The notes under the pieces: model-generated | Database searches by the model: none | The model's input: the letters and a program-made list of their open reading frames with translations, nothing else | Told to the model about the DNA's origin: nothing | Shown: in pieces, positions 12,943 through 25,235 of the stretch | Layout: every line of letters starts with the position of its first letter | Position numbering within the stretch: position 1 is the first letter of the stretch | Position numbers and translations under genes: made by a program | Assembly (NCBI GenBank): GCA_951406725.2 | Contig: OX597815.1 | Span: 92,814,001-92,878,000, forward strand | Origin: Octopus vulgaris | Lineage: Eukaryota | DNA length: 64,000 nucleotides | Direction of reading: 5' to 3'

Positions 12943-13396
12943 CATCATCATCATCATCATCATCATTTAACGTCCGCTTTCCATGCTAGCGTGGGTTGGA
13001 CGGTTCAACTGGGGTCTGGGGAGCCCGAAAGCTGCACCAGTCCAGTCAGATCTGGCAGTGTTTCTACAGCTGGATGCCCTTCCTAACGCCAACCACTCCG
13101 AGAGTGTAGTGGGTGATTTTATGTGCCACCGACACAGGTGCCAGACGAGGCTGGCAAACGGCCACGCTCGGATGGTGTTTTTTATGTGCCACCGACACAG
13201 GTGCCAGACGAGGCTGGCAGACGGCCACGCTCGGATGGTGTTTTTATGTGCCACCGACACAGGTGCCAGATGAGGCTGGCAAACGGCCACGATCGGATGG
13301 TGCTTGTTACGTGCCCACAGCACGGAGGCCAGTCGATGCGGTACTGGCTACGGCCACGTTCGGATGGTTTTCTTGTGTGCCACGTGCCACCGGCAC
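12941..13396 (-). mobile_element. Young RTE-tail element with internal 62-63 bp tandem repeat
   Basis: (CAT)n tail, CpG-rich RTE-type 3' UTR, repeat units starting at 13121, 13184 and 13246 plus degenerate ones. Confidence 0.75.
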
Positions 13397-13417
13397 TATA
13401 TATATATACACACATAT

Positions 13418-14488
13418 TGTTACGGGACCCCCGAAGGTTGCTACGGAATCCCACCTGCTGTCGCTCGAACTCGAACTCAGGATCCCAACAAGTTGACCGA
13501 CGACGATTGACCAGGCTCGATCGGCGAGTGTTCGCCACGGAACTCAGAGAGGAGAGAGACAACAACTACAACAACAGCTGCAGGAAGAGACACAGAGGCA
13601 CAAAGAAACACAGCGGAAGGCAATTGGCCTACATTTAACGTACTAGTTTATAACACTTTATAATTGTTACAACATCAAATACATATCAGATACATCAAAG
13701 AGGAAATACATGCAAGTAACAACACATCAAATGCAATAACAACAGCATTTCAAGAAAACAACAAATCAAGAAACAGGTATACAACAGATCAAAGCATTTA
13801 AACATGCAGATACAATATACAGTCCGGAGACAACAGTTCTGTTTCAAATCACATTAAAGGCATATACAATGTTCATAGACAAATAAGTTCACGTTACAAA
13901 TCAATGTTCAATTCACAACAGTTCACATTAACGATACAGTTCATAGTTCTTTTCAGTCTTTAAAGACTATATCAGAGTCTTTCTTTTTCTTTAACAGTTC
14001 TCTTTATAACCATCAACAACATAAACAATGTTCATTACTCAATTCACATATCAATACAACAATTCACGTTACAATTCACAACACATACCGTTACATCAGC
14101 CAATGCCTCACAATGTAGCTCATCTCTATTGGCTGCCTAATCCTCTGTATATCTCTCTCTGTCACAGCAGAACAAACCATTACTAACTCGCTGTACAATC
14201 CCAAATGCCGACTGCTAAATCCAAACTGCCAACCGCTTGCCTTGACTCCCAAATACCAACTGTTTGCCTTGTCTCTCTCTGCACTTCCCTCTGCCGTAAT
14301 CTCCCTCAGTCCCTTAATCTGTCTTCCTCAGCCCCTCAACATTTCTCTCACTGTCTCTCACAAACTGAACTCTAATTCACCTGAAAGGGTCGGGGAGTTT
14401 CCTCAGAGCTAATTAATCAACCCGCATCTGGCAGAACAATGGATTCATTGCCAAAAGTAGGTCGCCGGCTCTGTCCTTAAGTTGAACC

Positions 14489-14494
<6 letters not shown>
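13418..14494. mobile_element. Probable solo LTR (1077 bp)
   Basis: TGTT...AACA termini, ATAT on both sides (13414-13417, 14495-14498), no coding motifs, CpG-rich end. Confidence 0.6.
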
Positions 14495-14537
<43 letters not shown>

Positions 14538-14538
<1 letters not shown>

Positions 14539-15108
14539 TCTTTTTCTCTTTTACTCTTTTACTTGTTTCAGTCATTTGACTGCGGCCATGCTGGAGCACC
14601 GCCTTTAGTCGAGCAACTCAACCCCGAGACTTATTCTTTTTGTAAGCCCAGTACTTATTCTATCGGTCTCTTTTTGCCGAACCGCTAAGTGACGGGGACG
14701 TAAACACACCAGCATTGGTTGTCAAGCAATGCTAGGGGGACAAACACAGACACACAAACATATACACACACATACATATATATATATATACATATATACG
14801 ACAAGCTTCTTTCAGTTTCCATCTACCAAATCCACTCACAAGGCATTGGTCGGCCCGGGGCTATAGCAGAAGACACTTGCCCAAGATGCCATGCAGTGGG
14901 ACTGAACCCGGAACTATGTGGTTGGTTAGCAAGCTACTTACCACACAGCCACTCGGGCTTCTTTCAGTTTCCGTCTACCAAATCCACTCACAAGGCTTTG
15001 GTCGGCCTGAGGCTATGGTAGAAGACACTTGCCCAAGGTGCCACGCAGTGGGACTGAACCCAGAACCATGTGGTTCGTAAGCAAGCTACTTACCACACAG
15101 CCACTCCT
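14538..15108 (-). mobile_element. Full SINE family B with a tandemly duplicated head
   Basis: Tail 14538-14770, head 14795-14952, second head 14955-15108. Confidence 0.88.
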
Positions 15109-15271
15109 ACACCTCTGTCCAACTTTTCTCTCAGGATGCTTACACTGTCGTGCATGTACACTGACATTACACATCCAGCAAAGCATATTAGCTTCATTTC
15201 TTACAAGCCTATTCATTCATTCATACATGCATGCATGCATACATACATACATACATACATACATACATACA

Positions 15272-15302
<31 letters not shown>

Positions 15303-15524
15303 GAACAAACCTGGAGTGGAGATGGTATGTCATTGTTGCAGTCATGAATAGCAATGAAAGGACTCTGACAAACCTAGTTGATTGATTGACCAAACAATTA
15401 ATCAAACAGTTGGTCAGTTAGTTGACTAATAAAAATAAAAGTAATGAAAAAGGACCCGTGCATGTGTGTTTATTATTGGCATAATATCCACCCACCAAGA
15501 TATAACAATATACATATGTAAATG

Positions 15525-15672
15525 AAGGGCTTCTTTCAGTTTCCATCTAGCACTCACAAGGCTTTGATCAGCCTATGGTTACTATGGTTATAGTAGAAGA
15601 CATGTGCCCAAAGTGCTATTCAGTGGGACTGAACCACAAGCCTTGTGATTGGAAGGCCAAACTCCACAGCCA
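15525..15672 (-). mobile_element. SINE family B head, decayed
   Basis: gggcttctttcagtttcc...cacaaggctttg...cagtgggactgaacc. Confidence 0.75.
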
Positions 15673-16177
15673 TCCAGACTATTTAAGTGTTTTGTATAAC
15701 AAAGATTATAGTAGCCAAAGTAACTTTTCTCATTATTTTCAGGTGATAGAATGTGATTTGGGAGAGATTTAACTGCTATTTCTGGTAGGTTGAGCAACTA
15801 TTTTGAGGTCTTCTTATAGTCTAGAGTTCCTTTATGTTAGTTTCCTATGTCTAACTCTTATACTTGGGTATTTATAGTCTTTTCTATCTGTTTTGTGGCT
15901 TCCTTATCTAGTACTTGTACACCATTACTCTCTTTCTCTCACCTCCTCCTCCTCCTCCCCCTCTCCTATTTTCTTTAAAACTCCACAATTTTTAATCCAT
16001 AATTCCATTTCAGTATCTCCATTTAATCTATGAAATTTTTGCAATAAAGAGTCTATTTAATTTTTCCATCTTTATAAATAATTTTAAATCATCCATAAAT
16101 AGAAACTTTAAGCTTCCTGCCATTAATAATATACCCATCCTTCACTATTCCTTAGAAGCAGTAGTAAAGGTATCATG

Positions 16178-16225
<48 letters not shown>

Positions 16226-16339
16226 CATCCATCCATCCATCCATCCATTCGTGCGTGCGTGTATGTGTACATATGTATGTACATACATACATACATACAT
16301 ACATACATACATACATACATACGTACATACATACATACA

Positions 16340-16373
<34 letters not shown>

Positions 16374-16585
16374 CATACATTCATATCTTGCAAAAAGTAA
16401 CATAGATTAGCTGTCACTCTGAAAGACTGCCGAATAGCTCTATTTCTGGTTTTCCATTTACTCACACATTTTAGATTCAAATTTGTATAATTTCTGCTAT
16501 CCCCACCATCCTTTAAACATTCTATTATCCAGGAATGAGGAATCATATCATAGATATTTTCATATACACATACATACACATACAT

Positions 16586-16631
<46 letters not shown>

Positions 16632-16692
16632 ATGTATGTATGTATGTATGTATGTATGTATGTATGTATGTATGTATGTATGTATGTATGTT

Positions 16693-16727
<35 letters not shown>

Positions 16728-16829
16728 TTACTATGTCAACCTATGACATAGTAAAGTGTATATACTAGTGCAAATAAATGAAATAGATTCATGAAACGGT
16801 TTTATTACATATCAATTGATTCAAGATTA

Positions 16830-18540
16830 AGGGGTAATCCCTTATTCTATCATCAGTGAGGTAGGTTCATCTGGGATTCTTGACAGGAAGAGGTCCAATT
16901 TTTATTTGAAAACACCTACATTCACTTTGTGTAGGTCTCTCAGGCTCTTTGGGAGAATATTAAAAAGCTGTAGCCCCTGAAATCCATGCTGCTGCAGTAA
17001 CTGGTCCTGAAGGGCGATGGCATTACTGGGATCTTTGGCACTCTACAGTGTCGACACGTTCTGGCATTTGTATAGCTTTCAATGCCAAAATTTGACACAA
17101 TTCCTTCCAGGATCTTCGAGATGTATATTATTGCATACATCAGCTGCCTTCACTCCAGGGGATAGAGTCTTAGCTGTTTCAGCCTTTCCCAGTAGCTGAG
17201 CTGTTGCAATGAGATGATCTTCTTTGTGAAGCTTTGCCAGATTGCTTCAAGGTCCGCTGTTAATTTCACACTGTTGGGTGACCATAGCTGGGAGCAGTAA
17301 TCCAGGTGGCTGAGGACGAATGTCCTCCACAGGACCATCATGGTTTCCTTCTCTCTGGCTCTGAACGTCCCTCATTGATTTAAGCTCTGGGATTGTAATC
17401 CCCTGTGGACCAGTGTACCTTGTAAGTTTTATATTCAGTTTTGGATACTGGTAGTGCAAGGCTTGGAATTTTTCAACATTAAACTGCATATTTTTATCCT
17501 CAGCTCATCTGTAAATTAAGTCCAACTCCTGCTGCAGGTGTGCAACACTGCTGGGGTTCTGTATTTTCTGTGAGACTTTTGTATTGTCTACATAGCTAGC
17601 AAGGGTGGCTATTCGGGCAGCTGAGGCCATATCTGTGAGGGCCACTATGAAAAGCAGTGGTTCCAAGACTGTCCTGTGGAACACCACTCACTATTTGTGT
17701 TTTCATTGAGGTGGCTCCATTGGTCACTACTGCCTGCTTCTATCTTTCAGAAAGTTAAGTAACCACTCTCCAAATTTTCCAGCTCTGCCAAGATCACACA
17801 GTTTGTGGCATATCATACCATGATCCACTTTATCAAAAGTTTTTGCAAAGTCAAGGTATATTACGTCTACATTTGAGTTTTTGAGTAAATGCCTCAATAC
17901 CCAGTCATAGTGCTGTAAGAGCTGGGTCAGACAGCTCCTTCTTGGTCGAAAGCCATGCTGGGTATCACTCAGCAAGTTATTTTCTTCAAGGAATGCGATT
18001 AGTTTTCCTCTGACTATCTCTTACATGACTTTGTTGATGTGTGAAGTCAGAGAGGTAGGCCTATAGTTTTTGGGATCTGCTCTGCTTCTCCTTTTATGGA
18101 TTGGGCATATTATTCTCTCCTTCAGCTTCATTGGCATTCTGCCATTTTGAAGAAAGCTCTGGAAGAGAATCTGGAGGGGTTTTGCCAGGGCATGCTTACA
18201 CAAGTTGAGGAGGATTGCTGGGAAACCATCAGGACCAGCAGTTGAGTTTGCTTCCACCTCATCTATGGCTGGTAGTATATCTTCTTCGCTAATGTTGATG
18301 TATTCCATCGTAACTACCTCACTGATTATAGTTGAGGCAGCAAAGAAATCCACTGGTTTGTTCACTTGTCTGTGTTCCAATGGGATGGTAAAGACATTTG
18401 TGAACTGGTCATTCAGTACCTCACTGATCCTGTTGAACTATCTGTGAGGGAGCCATCCTTTTGGAAGAGGGGTCCTATTTTGCAGTGTACTGAGGCTGTT
18501 TCTTTCACATAATGAAAGAAGGCCTTTGGGTTTGATTAAT
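16830..18540 (-). mobile_element. CR1/L2/Jockey-group LINE relic
   Basis: AGPDGFP, NYRPTSLTS, QHGFRPRRSC, YLDFAKTFDKVDH, YVDNTK, SHLDYCSQLWSP, YWERLKQL motifs. Confidence 0.9.
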
Positions 18541-18602
18541 GTTTTTTATAACATTAATTAAACTCAGATACAAAGATGCACATGCACATGCACAAATATA
18601 TA

Positions 18603-18760
18603 TGATGGGCTTCTTTCAGTTTCCATCTACTAAATCTATTCACAAGGTTTTGGTTGGCCTGAGGCCATAGTAGAAGACACTTGCCCAAGGTGTCATGTAG
18701 TGGGATTGGATCCAGAATCATGTGGCTGGGAAGTAAGCTTCTAACCACACAACCACACCT
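18603..18760 (-). mobile_element. SINE family B head
   Basis: Reverse complement of the family B head. Confidence 0.8.
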
Positions 18761-19380
18761 CATGAATTTTTTTTTTATATATTGATAATCATTGATATTA
18801 AGGTATCAGATGAAGAGATAATGTTTGTAAATACAAATGTCAAAATGTCGAGTCTACTAAAATACATTGGCATTGTGGTTGTCTTGAACTTATATCAGAT
18901 TGGTAGAATTCACTACCTTTAGAGAATCGAATAAAATATCTTATAGTATTATGGCTCTTTACTTTCTGAGTCCAGATCCTGTTAAGGTCAAACAATTATT
19001 TTACATATAAATATGCATTTAAATTCCACCTGGTAAATTTCGCCTTTCATCATTCTGGGATTGTTGTGAAAATCCTGCCTCCTGGCTCTGAGTGAAGCAA
19101 CATTGTCTAATATGTCCTTGATTTATTTGAAAAAAAAAGCAAACAAAAAAAGAAAATAAACATGGTGTGTGATTTGACCAATTGGCTGCTCAATGTTCTA
19201 AGGGTAGATAACTATGTACTAGAATCAATCTAATCAAGTATGGTGTGTGTGTGTGTGTGGGGGGGGGTGACTATGTATGCAGCATAACTGAATGGATTTA
19301 CAAGGCCCTGTGTTCGATCCTTCTGCACAGCTTCATGGGCAATTGAATTTTATCATTGCTGTGGGTTTGAATCAAATGTT

Positions 19381-19620
19381 ATAATATACACTAATTACTT
19401 AAAGTTTCATGCTTAGTTTGTTCATCAATCAGCCTCATAGAGTTTGTGTAGCAATCTGTGCAGTATCTGGCAATAGTTTAGGCTTAAATGACACCCTCAT
19501 TTAACATTCCCCTTTAATTGGAACCTAAATTACTGTAATATCATGCACAATATGCTATACAAGCTCATCAGATTACTGTATTATCTGAGCATGAAACTTG
19601 AAGTAGCTCATGTATAATTC
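19381..19620. repeat. Decayed foldback (MITE-like) element
   Basis: Nested inverted pairs tacttaaagtttcatgcttag/ctgagcatgaaacttgaagta, gagtttgtgtagc/gctatacaagctc, gtttagg/cctaaat. Confidence 0.6.
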
Positions 19621-20090
19621 CTGTGTTAATGCTGCCCTATTAGTGATAATTGTTTCTAACATAGACCCAAAACCAGAAATTCGCAGGGACAGAGTTAGTT
19701 AATTAAATTGACAGCAGTACTTGACTGAGACCCAGTTAATAATAATGTTTCACTGTAGCATTGAGCACAGCTCTGTGTGTTCTGGGAAGGTACAGTGTTT
19801 TATCTTTTTTTTTTGTATGCTTTATAATGTAATGAGAGTATTTTATGTAATAAGAATGTGGTGCCTAGTAATTGATTGATTGATTGATTCCAGTTTCAGC
19901 TTATGAGCTGTGGCCATGCTGGGGCACCGCCAGTTATTTTCTATTTTAAAAGTTTTTAATGGACGAATGCAGTGCTTAGTAGGAGCATTTTCTGTATTGA
20001 ATATACGCTATATAATGTATGCAGTGCTTCAAACTATTTCTATATCTTGAGGCAGTATTTAATTAAAATAGCTATCTATGTACCATATTT

Positions 20091-20381
20091 AATATATACA
20101 TACTATTGATAAGCCACTTAATACAATATTTGTTCTGAGGTAACAACACTTATGGATTTACTGTATTTTTAAAACAATAAATATCAGAGAGAGAGAGAGA
20201 TGAAAATTTGTGACAACAGCAGCAAAAAAGCCCCAAAATGATTAAAATGCATCTGATGCTTTCGTTGATTGCTGCTGGCGTGAATTTTTGTCTCTCTCTG
20301 ATATTTATTGTTTTTAACATAACAGATGTTATCCCAGAGCAAATACTACATTAACTGGCCTTTCAACAGTGTGTATACATT
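20091..20381. repeat. Foldback (MITE-like) element
   Basis: Outer arms aatatatacatactattgataagcc/ggcctttcaacagtgtgtatacatt; inner arms aaaacaataaatatcagagagag/ctctctctgatatttattgtttt. Confidence 0.7.
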
Positions 20382-20569
20382 AATCTATTTTATATAATGG
20401 GTTGACTAAAAAGTCCATTTAGTTTTTGTCAACACTAAACTTCAAGGACTCAAATAAGTATCTAACTTCAGTCTGTCCCTTGTGCAGACACACTTGTTAG
20501 ATACTAAACACTTCTGATGTCTTCGTTTTCAATTTTTCTTGTGTTTCCGTTTAGACTTGCTAATTCATT

Positions 20570-20750
20570 TACTGTATTTTTTGGCATATAAGTCAAATTT
20601 TTCAAACCAAAATTTACAGGTAAAAGAAGTAAGTCAATTTATACACCAAGTCAACTTTGGAGGAGTAAAAATTCTATGTGAAATGCAGCAGGGTTTGGAA
20701 AGATAGTGATGGTGCTTGAATGTTTATACTACATGTCAGAAAATACAGTA
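20570..20750. mobile_element. Tc1/mariner-superfamily MITE (Tc2/pogo-like ends)
   Basis: TA-CTGTATTTTTTGGCAT ... ATGTCAGAAAATACAG-TA terminal inverted repeats. Confidence 0.6.
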
Positions 20751-21187
20751 TCTTCTTGTTGAGAATACTCCATCTACCATTTTTGTCACTAGAAGTGTGT
20801 ACTGATAATAATTATTTTATTTTTGGCAAATCTAGTGCATCTAGAATATTACCTTCCTAATGCTTTCTTTCATTCACATTCTTTGGCTAGCTTTAACCAT
20901 TACAACTATAAGTGTATTTCTTGAAATCTGTTTAGTTAATTTTTGTTTACAATTTCATTTTCAGATTAATTCCATTTCCACTATTTTGTTATCAAACATG
21001 ATATTAGGAGTTTTTATTAATTTCGCTCTCTTCAACATTGCCTTGGGGCATTTTTCCAAACCATATTTCTTTCCACTTTCCTTTCTGAATTACATGCACT
21101 GCAGAAAATCCAGAGTATCCAGTTGTTTGTCATCTGCATCTCATACAGCTTGAGGTCATTCATAAGCAAATAATTGATTAGCCTTCT

Positions 21188-21266
<79 letters not shown>

Positions 21267-21916
21267 CTTTATTGGCTACAAGGGCTGCAAAAAATATTTA
21301 GAAAAGAACATTTAGATTGGGTGTGTTGGCATCAGGTATATTGTCAGGTGCTCACACTTTTCTACCTGACAGGCAATGCTGTTGGTGTTATGTCAAGTCT
21401 TGCATTCTGTATGAGCAACAACATCCTTTGAGAGACCCTAAGCACCAATGGAGATCAACTGAATAGTCTATTCTGGAGAGATTTAATTAAACCTGGGAAC
21501 TATTGGCAACTTCCAGAAATCACCAGCTGTACTACAAGGAGGCATTACCAGTCCTTGTATGGCTGAATTATTAGAGTATAAAAAAAAATGCCTTATTGTA
21601 TTTATTCAAACATCTGACATTTAGTCTTTCAATGCTGTCAAGGTAAACTTTGCCTTACAACCTTTCAGGGTTGATAAACTATAAACCAGTCAACTGCTGG
21701 TAGTTCATGGTTACAACTACTCCCCTCCCCCTCAAAATTACTGGTTTTGTAACTAAATCAGTGGCATTTATTACAGTTCTTTACATTCTGCTGAGGTTGA
21801 CTTTATCTTTCATCATTTTAAGGTTGATAAAACAAATACCAGTTGAGCACTGGGGATCAATGTTATCAACTAAAAGCCCATTAAAAAAGTGCTGGCCTTG
21901 TGCCAATATTTGAGAC

Positions 21917-21992
21917 CTTCTTCTTCTTCTTCTTCTTCTTCTTCTTCTTCTTCTTCTTCTTCTTCTTCTTCTTCTTCTTTTTCTTCTTCTTC

Positions 21993-22051
<59 letters not shown>
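21917..22051. repeat. Compound microsatellite (CTT)n(ATT)n, one of many TA, TG, CATA, GAT, TAG and GA tracts in the window
   Basis: Directly visible. Confidence 0.95.
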
Positions 22052-22053
<2 letters not shown>

Positions 22054-22289
22054 TTTAAGTTCTGATTTATCTAAGTCAATTCTCAGCTCCACCATGCAGC
22101 TTAGAGATGTAGCACTTTTCTCAACACAACAGCTGTTCCAAGTATTGCTGCCAACCAAATACTTCCTATGAAGTTTGGTATTTACAGCTTTTGATGCCAG
22201 AATATTGCTCTTCTTGAGATGATCCCAAGTGCACCGATCACAATAACTACCACACTCACTTTTGAAGCTCTATGGATTTGTTGTTAAAG

Positions 22290-22510
22290 CAATGAGCCAA
22301 CTGAATTGTTAAGACACCAGACAAAATGCTTAGTAGCGTCTCATCTGTCTTCTTGATCTGATTTCAAATTCTGCCAGGGTTGACTTTGTTTTTCATCTTT
22401 TTGGGGTTGATAAAGTAAGTACAAGTTGAGCACTGGGGTCGATGTAATCATCTATACCCCTTCCCCAAAATTTCAGGCCTTGTGCCTATAGTAGAAAGAA
22501 TTATTATTAT
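22290..22510 (+). mobile_element. tRNA-derived SINE family C with (ATT)n tail
   Basis: ttcaaattc...gactttg..tttcatc..tttggggttgataaagtaagtac...ggccttgtgcctatagtagaaag(att)n; further copies at 24563-24780, 24925-25150, their duplicates, and partial copies near 18900, 21640-21910 and 31680. Confidence 0.8.
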
Positions 22511-24560
22511 TTTCTCTTTATCACAGGTTTTGTTGGAGTTCCTGGAGTTTTGCATGCTTAGCAGGCTTGCTACCTGCAGCCTATAATACCATGCAATCCA
22601 TTCTTTTCAACTATCTAATACTTTCATGATTATTCTGGTCATGCCAAGGAGGCAAACCTTTTGTAATAGTTCTACTGGGCACTCTATTCCAATTTCCTTT
22701 ATATTCCTCTTGATGTCTTCTGATACTGTTCCCAAGGACCCAACAATAATTGGCACTATCTTCACCTTCTTCATTTTCTATAGCCAGGTTATTTCGTACT
22801 TAAGAGGGTTGTATCTATGTATTTTTTCCACTTCCTTCTTGACTATTTGTGGGTCAAACGGGCATGCAACATCGACTATATAGTATATGTGATGCATCTT
22901 GTCTACCACCACTAAGTGAAGTCTGTTATGCTCTAGCACCTGATCTGTTAGAATTCAGAAAACAGATGATTTTGCTTATCTTTAACCCTGCTGCTTACTG
23001 CAGTCTGTTCTCATACCACATCTTGTCTCTCTCTAGCCCTCACTTTTCGTCCAGTTTCCAATGTAGCACTGTCGCTACCTGGTCATGTCGCCACTATTAG
23101 TGATTTTGGGTAAGTGTAGGGCATTCATTTGTGATATGGGCAATGGTTTCATCCACTCTATTGCAGATGTGACATGGCGGAGATACTTGCTCATTCCTCA
23201 GGTTGACTTTCCAGTTCATGGCCAAAGCATGGTTCTGTGCTGCTAGCATAGTGCTCTTGGTCTCTTTGTATAAGGTTCTTTTCATCAACCAATCCCACCT
23301 ATTTTTCCCAGCAACTTCTGTTGTGGTTATATGGAATTGATTGTGTAGTCCCTTCTTGTATATTTCTTCTTCATGTCCTTTTTGTACTTCTTCCTTTGTT
23401 TACCCTTTTTTTTCCTGTTCTCAATACTCTCTTGTTCCTAACTGTCTGTAGCAAGGTTTCCTTACTTTGGGCTAGGTATCTCATCAAACTCTCGAATTCG
23501 ATATGCATGCAGTCATCTACACTTATCAGTCCCATACCTCCATTTGCTCTCTTCATGTATAGGCAATCAGTGTCTGCACGTGGATAATGGGCTCCATACA
23601 TCTTTAGGAGCTTTCTTGACTTCCTGCCCATCTCCTTTAGCTCCTCCTCTGTCCACTTCAGGATTCCAGCACCATAATGAACTACTGCAACTGCACATGA
23701 GTTTATTGCCAAAATTATGTTTCTGGCATTCAGCCTTGAGGTCAGTATTTTTCTCACTCACCGCAGGTACTCTCATTTTGTCTTTTACTTCATGTCATGG
23801 TGTTTGATTCCATCTGTCTCAAGTATTTCTAAGTATTTATAGCTGGATTGAGGTTGAATTACTTTCATCATTTCACCACATGGTAGCCATATACCCTCTG
23901 TTCTGGCAAGCTTTCCTCGTCTCATCACTATCGTAGCACATTTTGAGAGTCCAAACTCCATCTTAATATCATTGGAGAAAATCCACACAGACTGGACTAG
24001 GCTGTTCAGTTCTGTCTTGGTTTTTGTGAATAGCTTCAGGTCATCCATGAATAGCAAGTGGTTTAGTTTTCCTTTACCTCTTCCTAGGTCATACCCCAAC
24101 TTTGTTTTCTGTAGTATTTCACTCAAGGAGATTATTCCCAGCATGAATATCTGTGGGAATACACTGTCCCCCTGGAAGATTCCTCTCTTGATTTTCACCT
24201 CTTCTAGTATTTGTTTCCCTGCTGTCAATTCTATTGTCCAGCATTTCATGCTATTCCATATAAGGCTTCTCACATTCTCTGCTACTCCATACATTTCCAT
24301 TGTTCTTATTATTCTGGAGTGTGGTATCATATTGTATGATTTGCAATAATCATCCCATGCCATGCTCAGGTTTGTATGTCTTCTCTTGCAGTTCCTGATA
24401 ATTAGATTATCATTCCCCAGCTCCTTTTTCGGCACCCTTTCTGTTCAGTGGGTAGCAGCCTGCATTTTCCCAAGTATCTGTACAGTTCACTGACCAAAGC
24501 ACCTGATATTAGTTTCTACATTAATGGAAGGCATGTTATTGGTCTAAAGTTGGATGCAGC
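22511..24560 (-). mobile_element. R4/Dong-like non-LTR element (RT, CCHC knuckle, restriction-like endonuclease), 5'-truncated
   Basis: RGIFQGDS, HLLFMDDLKL, YKYL, LYMKRANGGMGL, KETKSTMLAAQNHAL, CHIC...HITNEC, RHDQVA, VPIIVGSLG; 3' end in (AAT)n. Confidence 0.88.
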
Positions 24561-25235
24561 ATGAGCTGGCAAAATCCTTAGCATGCTGGACAAAATGCTT
24601 AACTGTATTTTCTCTGTCTTTACATTCTGAGTTCAAATTACACTGAGATTAACTTTGCCTTTCATCCTTTCAGTGTCAATAGAACAAGTACCAGTTGAGC
24701 TTTGGGGCTGATGTAATCACATAATCTCCACCCTCAAATTCCAGGCTTTGTGCCTATAGTATAAAGGATTATTATTATTATCATTAGATTTGTAGTTATA
24801 ATTCTGTGTTCTGAGTTCAAATCTCCTTTCACCCAGTACTAGGATTGATGGTATCGATTAACCCCATACCCTCAAAATTATTGATCTTATTCCCAAATTA
24901 AAACAACCATTATTAGTACTGGTGAGAATGTGACAAGCTGATAAAATCATTAATGCCCTGGATAAAATACTTAGCTGTATTTTGTCTGTCTTTACACCCT
25001 GAGTTCAAATTCTGCTAAAGTCAACTTTGCCTTTCATCCTCTCCAGGTCGATAAAATAAGTTCCAATCAAGTAGTGAGGTCAATGTTATTGACTAGCCTA
25101 CCCACCCAAATTTCAGATTTTGTGCCTATAGTAAAAAGGATTGCTATTATCGGGGAGCTTTAGCTACTATGTCTAGCAAGGCAAATGACTATAGCAGCTG
25201 CCTCATTGATTCAAATGTTTTGGAGTCAGTGATTC

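Noticed and set aside
13117-13310. 62-63 bp direct repeats as a CRISPR-like array
   Set aside because: Head-to-tail units without unique spacers, inside a retroelement UTR in eukaryotic DNA
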